A stretch of DNA of 64,000 nt from Raillietiella orientalis (lineage: Eukaryota), in the NCBI GenBank assembly GCA_036172245.1, contig JAYWIR010000060.1, forward strand, positions 496,001 through 560,000. Reading direction: 5' to 3'. The translations under genes were made by a program, and so were the position numbers. The notes beneath the pieces are model-generated. The model was not told the DNA's origin, made no database searches, and saw only the letters and a list, made by a program, of their open reading frames with translations. Shown in pieces: positions 1 through 10,400 of this stretch. The first letter of the stretch is position 1. The number at the start of each line of letters is the position of its first letter.

Positions 1-155
1 CGGACTATGGACCGACCGGATGTACCGAGCGATGGCGGAACTTCCTCTCACAAACACATTTTTGCCGTCGTTATATAAATAATGAAAAATTTCGATCTCG
101 AACTGCTTCAAGAAATGTGCCCATTCCGTGTTCCCACATTTCAATCTCCACTTAC

Positions 156-371
156 GTGTGCAGTTTGAGGCGAGCACGCGAAGGAGAATTCGTTGATGGT
201 TCCCGCATTCGTGATGATGGCACTTCTTTTCACGATGTAAGCCACGGAGTTCTTCGGACACCGACAGTGCACGGTTTGCTGCGTCGTCGTGTTGTCGGAG
301 AAAGCGTAGTACGTCCACGTGATGTCGTAGAAATATCTGCATTTGGGCAGGCGATCCACGGGCTCGCAGAC
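156..371 (-). CDS. aos: argos coding exon 3
   Basis: Acceptor ttcttccttag after a 50-nt intron, VCEPVDRLPKC...FACSPQTAH, donor GTAAGT at 155. Confidence 0.9.
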
Positions 372-3097
372 CTAAGGAAGAAGCGGTGGTGCCGCCCGTG
401 CACCAGGATGCCGGGGATCACCTTGTAAATACGTGTTTTGTCAGGGATGCTGTAGCCGTCCTGAACGTCTAAGGACGAAGAACACTTGCGGCTCTCGTCG
501 CATCTGCATTGCTTCTCGATCCATGGCCTGTCGTAGTTGTCGATCTTGTTGCAGACTTGGCGGGGCATGCAAAGTGGAAGGTCACCTTCCGTTTGCTGGA
601 ATGGAAAAGAAGAGCGACCGGTGATGCTGTCAACCTTGGTGCCTGGTTGCAGTGGGAACCTCCATTAAAACAACCTTGGGCAGGGGTGCGTGCGTGTGTG
701 TTTGAAACAGCCTGCCTGCTGTGTATTGGGTATAATTATCAAACCGCTCAATCAATGTACAAAAAAGTGCGCGAGATTATGAAAATCAGAGGAGAACTGG
801 ACTGCAGGGGTGCACGTCTGCTTTTCTGTTTATTTATCATTGGAGTTACTTGAAGAAATGGGTAGAAATCGTTCCTCATCATTATTTTATCAGTGCACTG
901 GCAGCATGGCATGATTGCTCAATCCACGGTGTTCCCCCCTCCCCTTTTTTTCCCTCCCCCTTCCCCCAGGTGGAAAGTGTGCGTTGAAAGGTGTTGGCGG
1001 ATTGGCCTTTGGCATAAGGGAAGATTGCACGGAGGAGTGCACGAATTTTGCGCTTTTCACAATATTTTTTTAACGAAACAAGGTTTTACCTTTTTTAAAA
1101 AAAAATAAAAATATATATATATATAAATCTGTCTCGTTGTTCGATCACCAGCCTGTTGACTGCGTTCCTGTTCCCGAAAAAGCGTTTTCGTAATGGTTCT
1201 GTCGGGTGTGAGCGATTTCACATGGGACCAGCGTGGGATGCTTCTCGCGTTCATCTCTTTTGCATCCACTGCGAGGTCGAAACGCGCATTCCCTGAAGGG
1301 CCGGTTGATCTTTCTGTGGAATAGAAAAATGGTCCAGCTCTTCGCGCGCTGTGTTGAACGGATCGGTTCCAGTAGTTTCGTGGAGTTGAAGGTATACAAT
1401 ATTTTATCACGCATTTTTCCTTTCTCGGCCGCGCTGATGTACTCGAGCGGAATGTTTGCTTCAAAGACAACAGCTCCAGGCTTTCAGGAATTCATCTCGG
1501 TGCAAGTGATGGTTGAAATAACCATGGAGATCTCTAGTCATTACCAAGAGGCGCGAACGGGAATGCGTGTAAAAACCTGCTTATTAAGCCGAAGAGAAAT
1601 TGCGGCTCATGGAACGCCCATCCTTGTGTTGTGCACACTCGGTATATAGTGTTGCCGAGAACGCAGGAAAATGGTCCATTACTGGATGCGAGCACGGCTG
1701 CCCATCCTCTCAGCAGGCAGGGTGCCTCTCGTTCATCCGTGAAAAGTGAAGCAGATTTTTCGCATTCCTTTCCTGTCCTTTGATGCAGCAAGGATGAAAA
1801 CTTGCGCACGGCGGCGGTCGCAGTTTTTTCCGACCTTTCGTCGAGCCACATCTGCTGCAACCACGGCCTGGACGTCGCCGTAGCAACGTGTGCTAACAGT
1901 GGATGCTTTGGTTTGCCTTTTTCCACAAAAAAGGTGCCTTTTAGAATCGCATCTGTCTCAGCCCTGCCGCGAATGTTCGCCCACACGAAAGTGTTGGGGC
2001 CGTCCACTCAGACGAAGAGAATGGCGAGCAGTCGCCGATCGCAAATGCGTTGGCAGTCGCATAGACCGCTGTTTACCTGCGTGAAAGAGTGCGAATGCGA
2101 TTTCACGTGGACGAGCCTCGACGTCGATCTTTAGTGGACAAAACAGAAGCGACGGAAAAGGATAATCGAGGGAAGGGGAGGGGGAAAAAAAAAAACCCAA
2201 AAAATCTCGAGGCACGTAAAGTTTCGTGCATCTCCGGAATTTTTTTGAATCACGGAGAGGAACGGCGCCGAGCTCTCAAGGAACGCACAACAGGGAAAAA
2301 ATGTGCGCTCCCAGGGAGAGCACACTTCGCTTCCTCTTAGACATCGTTGGATTGCGGGCGCACTCTGCTCCGTCCCCTGGTCGTGTTGGTCCATTCGAAG
2401 ATGGAGCTTTCAAGCGCCAGTGCACCGGCGAGCATGGAGAAATCGTGGAAGATGATTCCCTGCGATCCTCCCCGAGACGCGGAAGACGAGGGGGATCTTT
2501 CCTCCGCACCCTCGTTGGCAGAGTTACGAACGGAACCGCGCTTGCCGTCTGGAAGAACACCTCGAAACGCACGCACACACACTCGCACTTGCACGGATGG
2601 CCAGCAGCAGCAGCAGCAGCGTGCGGTCACCGAAGGTGGGTTTTCGGCGACAAACTCTCCCGCACCCGCCGGACGAGAAAGGTGCCCCCCAGCACGGCCA
2701 GATCGGCCGCAGCCGGTCCGGCGAAGAAGACATATATATTATTCTCCGATAACGAAACTGGTTCCCGCGCCGGGATCGGCCGGGGCGGAAGTGGCTCCCA
2801 TCTCGTGGAGCCCCCCGCGCGCGAAAGCTCGGAATTCCCTCGACGTGCGCGCAAAATCCGAGCGAAAACGCCTTCCCGCGCGCGTGCCTGGCCCCGGTCC
2901 GGCAGGGCGCGCGCGCGTTGCCCCCCCCCTCCCCGTGTTGTACTCACCCCGGTCTGGTAGAAGACACGTGTCCGCACCGTGCGGTGGAGTCGGAAAAACG
3001 CCGAGCCGCTGCTCGGCTCCGCAACTGACGCCGGGAGCACATTGGATGCGACGATTTCCACTAGTAACAGTAATTTACTCATGAACGGAAATTCCAT
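156..3097 (-). CDS. aos: Argos / giant-lens (secreted EGFR-ligand antagonist); spliced, 3' end off-window; exons 3097-2948, 595-422, 371-156
   Basis: Spliced translation ...RVFYQTG|QTEGDLPLCMPRQVCNKIDNYDRPWIEKQCRC...CSSSLDVQDGYSIPDKTRIYK|VCEPVDRLPKCRYFYDITWT...QTVHCRCPKNSVAYIVKR...FACSPQT matches the Argos Cys pattern (ILYQVG..EDLPVC, PWIERQCRC, DGHTIADKTR, VHCRCPRNSV, FACSP). All junctions are GT-AG, phase 0. The third Cys domain is not in the window. Confidence 0.93.
422..595 (-). CDS. aos: argos coding exon 2
   Basis: Acceptor ttttccattccag, QTEGDLPLC...DKTRIYK, donor GT at 421. Confidence 0.93.
2948..3097 (-). CDS. aos: argos coding exon 1 (signal-peptide-like N-terminus; alternative ATG at 3082)
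   Basis: MEFPFMSKLLLLVEIVASNVLPASVA...RVFYQTG then GTGAGT donor at 2947; in-frame stop upstream of ATG 3097. Confidence 0.8.
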
Positions 3098-3286
3098 GAG
3101 ACGTTCTCTGGTTGCACTGAACTGGCCACTGGTCGATCCACGAAGAAGTCACTATATTTTTTTTTCCCCTGTAGTGATTTCACGCCTTGCGTCGTCCTCT
3201 TTATTTTCTCACACAACTTTTACCAAGAATTTACCTTCTTCAGGTGAACCAATCGCATGCTTGGATGGTACTCGAAACGAAATTGA

Positions 3287-3294
3287 TGAATGAA
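3287..3294 (+). promoter_or_regulatory. Capicua-type octamer TGAATGAA 5' of the argos ATG
   Basis: Exact match to T(G/C)AATG(A/G)A; argos is a known Cic target in Drosophila. Confidence 0.5.
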
Positions 3295-3521
3295 TGACGT
3301 CATAGTGGCAGCGACTGATGAATGTAACTCGGATTCAGCGCAGGAGCTGTTTAATGAGCCAGTAGTAAGGAATCTCGAATTCGCCTTTCGAACTTTTGAA
3401 AAAATCCCGAATCTTCGGACGTGGTCCTGAAATTTCGAGGGCGGAATTTTCGGGAAGGCGAATCGCGCGGAATGTTTTCGCGCTCGCGTTTCTCCGTCTC
3501 CTTTGACCGCGTGCGACGACA

Positions 3522-3560
3522 AACTGAGTGTGCATCTTGCTGTGGTTGCACCTTTGTACA
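3522..3560 (-). promoter_or_regulatory. Possible argos core promoter (Inr TCAGTT with a TATA-like GTACAAAG ~30 nt upstream)
   Basis: Minus-strand TCAGTT at 3527-3522 fits the insect Inr TCAKTY; TACAAA at 3558-3553; GA repeats just upstream. Confidence 0.35.
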
Positions 3561-3603
3561 TCTCCGCCACCGTGGGCCGGGTTCGTAAACAAAATGCAGG
3601 CTT

Positions 3604-3621
3604 TCTCTCTCTCCCCCCCCC

Positions 3622-3654
<33 letters not shown>

Positions 3655-3671
3655 TGTGTATGTGTGTGTGT
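3604..3671. repeat. Compound (CT)n/(C)n/(GT)n microsatellite
   Basis: Seen directly. Confidence 0.9.
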
Positions 3672-3830
3672 CGTGTCGTGCACGCGAGCTGTCCTTACTA
3701 TTTGTCGATGGGAGACCAACTTTCGACATCGCGCCCGTTCACTCGTATTCGTCTCTCTCCACGTTTTTTTTGTTTTGTTTTGTTTTTGTTTTCCTTCCTT
3801 CGGGACCACTTTTCAAAAAAAGTGAGGAGG

Positions 3831-3838
3831 TGAATGGA
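3831..3838 (+). promoter_or_regulatory. Capicua-type octamer TGAATGGA upstream of argos
   Basis: Exact consensus match. Confidence 0.45.
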
Positions 3839-6244
3839 GGAGGGATGCCTGCGCGCCTTCCCTCGATTTTCGCAGGGTGTCTTTTCTAGGCGCGCGTGTG
3901 TGTACCCGCACACGCACAACACGCTGCGGGAAACAAAACAAAACAAAAAAAAAAAGAGGAAAAGAAAAGAAAAGAAAAGCGGTTGGCTGCCTTGCGGCCT
4001 TCCGTCGTGAGCAGTACGTAGATGTTCCAGAAATCAGGTGATGGGTCCACCGTCACGCGAGTTATTGCTCGCTTTGGGCGAAATCACTCACACTTCGGAA
4101 GACCGGAGGAGATGCCCGAGGAAGAAGACAAACAACCGAAACAGGCGTGAACGCGCACTGTTCCCCCTCCCCCCCCCCCCCCGGACGTTTCTTCTCCCTC
4201 CTCTCCTGCGTGCGGTGCGTGCGGATTTGTCGTTTGTTTTCGCCTCGCTTTCGGCTCCGTGCACGGTGACGAATTGTGTCATTCCTGCGTTCACGTGCCG
4301 CGGGATGAGTCGTCACGTCTTCCCACGGCTCCCCTCTTCCGATCCGCGAACTCCCTTCCCCCTTCTGCTGCGCGTGCGGCCATCCTTTCGCGGGCCAAGT
4401 GGTCTCGAGGACCCGACCGCAGGCACCGGCGGAAAACGAACCTGCGAGCCCTTCGACCGCCGCCGGTGGCTTAGCGGTCGGGGCGCGCTCTCTGCCGACG
4501 CATTCGCGGTCGCGTGCGTTCCCTGTGGGCCCGCGGGCTCTCCAGGCACCACGCAGACCCCAGCAAACTCGCAGCCGTGTGGTCGCCGCCGTATGTGCGG
4601 AGATCGGAGCGCTCTCTTTCCTCTTTGCAATCGAAACAAATCGACTTCTCTTGAGGCAGCTCACGAAGGCGTGTCGCCTTGCTGCAGAGATGCAGGGAAG
4701 GATCTTTTCTCCCGCTTCTTTTGTGTGACGGCGAGTACGAAACGTCGTCCTCCTGAGTACTTGCGATAAAAGCCCACAATAAATGATAATTTCCGAGCAG
4801 CGTGGTTTCTTTGTATCTAAGGCACGGCACAATCTTTAACGAGAGCAATTCGGCTTGGCGCACTTGGGCGATGATTACCGCCAGGTAATTTACTTTCAGT
4901 TTCTCTTAGGAGCCGTGTGTTCGGAAAGCTATTGCTGCCGAGCTGACTCCGGATATGCGTTAAAATTCCAGCGATTCCAGCGAAATTCCATCCGCAGCGA
5001 CGTCTCCTAGGAGACCTGTCGTGAGGCTTTGCGAAAGGAAAGGGTTTTTGTTTCGCAGGAATGACCTGATAGCCCACAAGGAAAATTACCACTGTAATGG
5101 GGACCCTCGTCGTAAAACGAACGCTGCCTCTGAATGGTATAAATGGTTGCGCATCACTTGAAACCTGGCCGGTGCGTTCAAGCGGCCAGGTGGGCCCCCC
5201 CTGAGACCCGGGATGGCTGTTGTTGGTTCGGGGAGATGCGGACCTCACGAACGCGGGAGCTCTTGTTAGCAGCGGCCGCCGACCGAGCCCCGTGTTCCTC
5301 CCGTCGGCTTTCTCAACGGCTTATCTCAAGAGGCTCGTGCGTGCTCATTTGGTGTACAGAAGAAGTGCATTGTTCTGTGAGCATAAAGCGGTCCGGTGGT
5401 GGTGGTTCTTCGATTCCGCATGCGTTGCGTACACACTTCCTTCTTCGCGTTTCATTTCGGAGGCCGATGCGTGGTGTGTGTGCATCGGTGGTTCCTAAAA
5501 TCGCGCCCTCAGCACTTTAAGGTAATCGGATCGTGCGCGTAAAGAGTTCTTTCTTTTTCTGGACGTCGGAGTTACCTGCAGCAGCAGGTCGGACTCCAGT
5601 CGTGGATTGCATTCCTTGCTAGCGCCCGGTTTTTGCCCGCTCTCCCGGTCCGTGGGAAGCCCGAGCTGAACTTTTAGCGCGCAGTTGCGAGTCATCCTGA
5701 ATGGGATCGGAGATGGCGGCTCCCTCCTCCCTCTCTCTTTCTCACCCCTGTTGAGTTCGGGGAAGGCTTGGGTGGACCGACCGACTGCTCTTGCGTCCAG
5801 GGTAGCCCGCAGCTCGAAGGGACGCTTTTTTGCTTTCGTGTACAGGATTGCATCGTCAGAGTATACTGGTTATGGAAACGGACCGAAACTTTTTTTTTTT
5901 TTTTTTCGAAGAACATTCTCGAACATCCTTATACCACGTTCCTCAAAGGACGCAGAGCTCGGCATTTCGATCGTCGCTCCGCTGCAGGCCAGTGGGCACA
6001 CTTGCGAAAAGTTGACCTCGGTTCTGCGCAAGCATGGCGGAGCAAAGGTCCAAGCGTTGGGTTATTCTTGTCGCATTTCAACAAAGTGTTTGTCGTGTCC
6101 AACATCCTGCACTGCCCACACACCACGCACCGCGCCGTGTCCGCACGTTGGTTGATGCCGCGCAGCGTGAATCCCTTGCTGTTCCACCGATGCAGCTGCG
6201 TGAGGGTTGCCGGGCAGCCATATTGTGTGTCTCTTCTTCCCCAG

Positions 6245-6429
6245 GGAAGCTGTACGGAGTCCTCAACAAGCGCTTCGGGCGCATCGTGCACGGTGACCAA
6301 GAGGAAGGCTCCCAGAACTTCAATGTGACCGCGTTCCTTCCCGTCATCGAAAGCTTCGACTTCGCCAACGAGATTCGCAAGCAGACGTCCGGGATGGCTC
6401 TCCCACAGCTCTTCTTCAGCCACTGGGAG
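6245..6429 (+). CDS. EFL1: Elongation factor-like GTPase 1 (EFL1/RIA1), penultimate coding exon (EF-G/EF2 domain V)
   Basis: GKLYGVLNKRFGRIVHGDQEEGSQNFNVTAFLPVIESFDFANEIRKQTSGMALPQLFFSHWE; pyrimidine-rich CAG acceptor (phase 1), GAG|GTAGGG donor (phase 0). Confidence 0.92.
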
Positions 6430-7351
6430 GTAGGGCCCGTCCTCCGCTCCCCGCAGCGGGCCGCAGAAGAACGGGCTTCGTCCGGATGCCCAGGGAACGC
6501 GGTCGGGTTTTCGCGGGATTTTTCGGAGAGGATTTTTCGCTGGCGGTGACCGTCTTGCGCTCGGGTCGTCGTTGGCGCTCTGGTGCTCCTGGCTGGTGGC
6601 GGTGTTCTCGGCTCCGCTCCCTCAGTTCTCCGAACGCCTCGCCGTGTGCGGAGGCGGCGACGGTGTCGGGGGGTCGGAGGGGAGGAGGAGGCACGGGAAT
6701 GGAAGATCTCTTTGGTGCCTCCCTGTTACAAGTGGGATGCTCGCGGCGGGAGTCGATTTCGTGTTCCAGAAGCGAGCAAATGTTTGCTCGTTCGTTCGTT
6801 TTCCGTCGAGCCGGCAGGAAACGCGGGGGCCGGGGCGCGTACCGTGCCCACGGCCTCTCCTCTGATTTAGGGCTCGCTTTCTCCCCTTCTCCCCTCCTCC
6901 CTCCACGAATAAATGAAGACGGGCTTGCGGATGCGAAAATTCGCCGAATTCTTCCACCGAGATCTTCGGGTGCTTTTTCCTCCGATGAATGAAGTCGTTA
7001 ATGAACTCTCGTTCGCCTTCGCGTCCATTGGCTCCAGACATGCTGCGAGAGGCGCCTGCCGCGCCGAGATTTATCGTCGCCGTCAGGGATGATGGATGAG
7101 TTGACGACCGGTTTCGATACGCTCATCCTTGTAGTTGTCACAACATCCCGGCAGCACGTTGCCGTCCCCATCCTCGCCTGCGATGGTCCTCCCTCTACGA
7201 AAGTACTCGCTGCACGCATGGCGCGCCGGTCCGACCTACGCGGGAGCAGTTGGGAAGAGAACAAGTGGGAGCCCGCCGTTGCGCAAGGGTGTGTCCCATC
7301 TCTTTGCCCCCTTACGAAAAGGCAAAAAGGAAAACGAAGCAACAACGGCGG

Positions 7352-7401
<50 letters not shown>
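7352..7401. repeat. 50-nt poly(A) tract
   Basis: Seen directly. Confidence 0.9.
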
Positions 7402-7403
<2 letters not shown>

Positions 7404-10400
7404 AAAGAAAGAAAAGGAAGACACAAAAAGCGACGACAAGAACAACAAAACGGAAAGATGAAAGAAGAAGCGAACAAACTGGGGGGTTCTGTTCGGGTCA
7501 CCTCGAATGGCTTCTGGTTTTCAGCGTTGTGTGTCCTTCGCCGTGTTCGTGAGCGGCCGAACAATCAACCGTTGTCAAAGTAAGTGCGGCTTCCTGCGGC
7601 TTCCGCCATGAATATGTCGGGAAGATGAAAGAGCGGAATGAGACCGACTCCCCATGCAAGGGTTGAGATTCTGTTTAGGTGGTCGCTCGGAAGAAGAGCC
7701 TCTTCCCTCCTCCTCCTCCTCTTTCTCCCTAAATCGCGGAAACGCGCGCGCCGCGCATAGAAAAGAGTGCGAATGGCGCGCCTTTTGAATGAGGGACATC
7801 GCATCCGGATATCCTCCTCCTCCTCCTCCTCCTTGCCCGCCTTCTCTTCCGAAAGAGACGAACCTCTTTGTGTTCCGCGTCTTGGAGGACGCGCCGGCGA
7901 TGGCTCCTTTGTTCCGCAGAACGCGCAGTCCGGCGAACGCGTGTTGTCTCCGTCCGCGGAACGCGCCGCTGCCCGCTCTTCCCTGTTTTTGTGTGCTTTC
8001 CGATTCGCGAGCCGCGATGCGAGAAGCGGGAAAAAGGAAGGAGGAGAGAAAGAAGGAAAGAAAGAGAAGCGTTGGATGGATGGCTTCCCGTTTTCTCTCC
8101 CCCCCCCCCCCTTCCTCCCCATCTCGTAGTCACGTGCTTCAGGCGCTCGAGGGAATGCTGGAGGTCTCCGCCAACTCGTTCTGGGTTCCCGCGCGCCCAC
8201 GCCCTCCGCTTCCAGTCCGGCCTTCTGGAGGTGGCGCTCCCCTTCCCAGGGGACGTCCTTCCTTCGGCCTGTTTCCGCACGAACGAACGGTGTAACGGAC
8301 ATTCGAAAAAAAGAAAAAAAAAAAAATGGGTGAAGTTGGGTGAATGGAAAGCACAAATGGAGGGAGCTCAAGGAAGATGCGCTTTTGGGTCCAATTCCGT
8401 TCTCGTCACCCAAGATGCGGATGCTGCCGTCATTCCCTCAATGTATCTCCTGGTGCGCCCGCTGGCAGGCGCCGAGTCGCACATGAGGCGGGAGATGATG
8501 CTGTCACCTGATGATGCTGTGTGTCTCTTTCGCGGGGCCTTTGTTGACCGTCTTTGTTTGTTCGCGTGTTATAACCCGAGCACGTCTCTGCAACGGATAC
8601 AGCTGGTGGTTCAGATTGGAATGCCCGTTCTTGGGCTCCAAGTCGACCAGGGCTCCTTCACTTTCGTTGCAGTGGTCATCTGCAAAACAAAAGCACCTCC
8701 TTTTTTTTTTTTTTTCTTTTCTTTTTGCTCTTCCCCCCCCCCCCCCCTTCTGTCGCTCCTGTGTTTTTTTTTTTGTTTTGTTCTTACTGCTGGATGGACC
8801 ACGACCAGTTTGTTGGCGAGCTCGTCGAGGCGCAAACCGCCGTCGTCCAGCGAGCTTTCGTAGCGCCACGGTGCCGTAGGTTTTTCCTCGCGCGCGTTCC
8901 ACCGAGGGTCTTAATTTGTTATGGGAAAGTTTCGCGGAAAAAATTGATCGTATCTGTGCCCAGTAGGGTAGCGATGCCACATGTAATTGGGCTGTTCAAC
9001 CTACGTCAAAGCGACTACTATTTCATTCTCGGGGCCACTTCAGGAAGTTGTAAATTGCATGGACAATGAAGGAAGAATTCGATGCAGAGCTTCGGCGTCT
9101 TGCAGTCATTCTGCCGGCGCGCGCTGCGGGATCGTCTCGAGAGCCGAAAGCTCAGCTTCCCAGCCCAGGGGAAGACGTCCGACAGTTTCTGTTTGCGCAC
9201 CGGCTGAAGGCTCGCGAACAGCAGCACTCGCCGCCCTCTCTCCCTTCTTCTTCTCCGTTTTTGCATCGTTTTCCGCGAGCACCGCCGGGCAGGCATTCCC
9301 TCGGAGGAGCTCCTCGCGCACCAGAACTGCACGCGTGCTTCCATTTTTTCGCGGCGCCGCTCGCCCGCAGTCCCCCGCGCGGGAGCAGCCGCTCTTTGCG
9401 GACATTCCGTCCGCCTCAGCTCTCGTGAGATTCGACAGGGATCCTTCCGCCGACAGGCCCAGGTTCCGGGGAGCACGGCCCGGACGTGAGACCTCCATCC
9501 CTACGTCCTGTTTGGCCTTTTCGGAAACCGAGCGGCTCGGGACTGCGGATGCTGCGAATTTCGACCATCCTGGGATGCCGACCGAGACCCAAGGACCCCG
9601 CGGCCTTTCTCGTTTCCCCACCGGCACCCCATCCGAGCGCCGGAGGACGTTGTCTGCAGTGCACCTCCCCCTCGCGTGGTTGCCTGTGACTTGTTCCTTC
9701 TTCGGGATTCACTGTGGGAGGAGGCGATCCGGGAAGTCGGTGGTCGCAGGAAAAGAACCATCTCCCGGAGTCGCTTTAGCAGTGTTTTCTACCAAAGGAG
9801 TAAGGTAGATCCCCTCGTCGGGGCCTGCATCCGTTCCTCATTCTGCAGCCACACGTTGCTGTAGGGAATTTCAGGCACCGCTCGGTGTCTGAAGCATCTT
9901 CCGTTCTCCCCGGACCCCACGAAGAGATGTGGGAATCCTCGCAAGTTGCGCTGCTGCTCCATTCTTTCCCCCTCTTCCAGTTTCTTCGCGTTCCTAAAGA
10001 CGTGATCGGAAAGTGATGTCGGTGTTGTCTCTTGCAGTCCTGAAGCGTCCCGACCCGCGCGTTCCCCCCTGTGGATCCCTGCGGACGAGAAGTTCCTGAA
10101 TTTCGTGGACGCAGGTCGCCATTTCTCATGATCTCCACTGCCGTCTCCAGGTTCATCTTTTCGGCGTCCGGTCTGCCTCTGCGCCGAATGCGGCAACCGT
10201 GCGCGCCCGTTGTTGCGTGGGCGTATCATCGGGCGCCGCGGAATGCTTTCGGTCGGACAATATCAGGTCATGTCGGGGCGAATGATCCCGCCGTTTCGAA
10301 GGAATTGCCTGCCTTCTGGTCAATTTCGGCCTTCGTTCCAAGTCGTGCTGTTGTTGTTCGGTTGGTTTCCACTGCGTTCCAGCGCACGTCGAGCAGATCC

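Noticed and set aside
1..150. Minus-strand frame RLKCGNTEW... right after argos exon 3, loosely like Argos RLRCQRK
   Set aside because: Out of frame with exon 3, lies after a perfect GTAAGT donor and lacks the remaining cysteines; treated as intron
6190..6225. In-frame LREGCRAA just before the EFL1 exon resembles the EFL1 KEGCRxA motif
   Set aside because: Too close to GKLYG (the conserved RLMAAMY segment is absent) and followed by a strong polypyrimidine acceptor; probably coincidental
6998..7583. ORFs with poly-Lys or poly-Phe runs
   Set aside because: Artefacts of the 50-nt poly(A) tract
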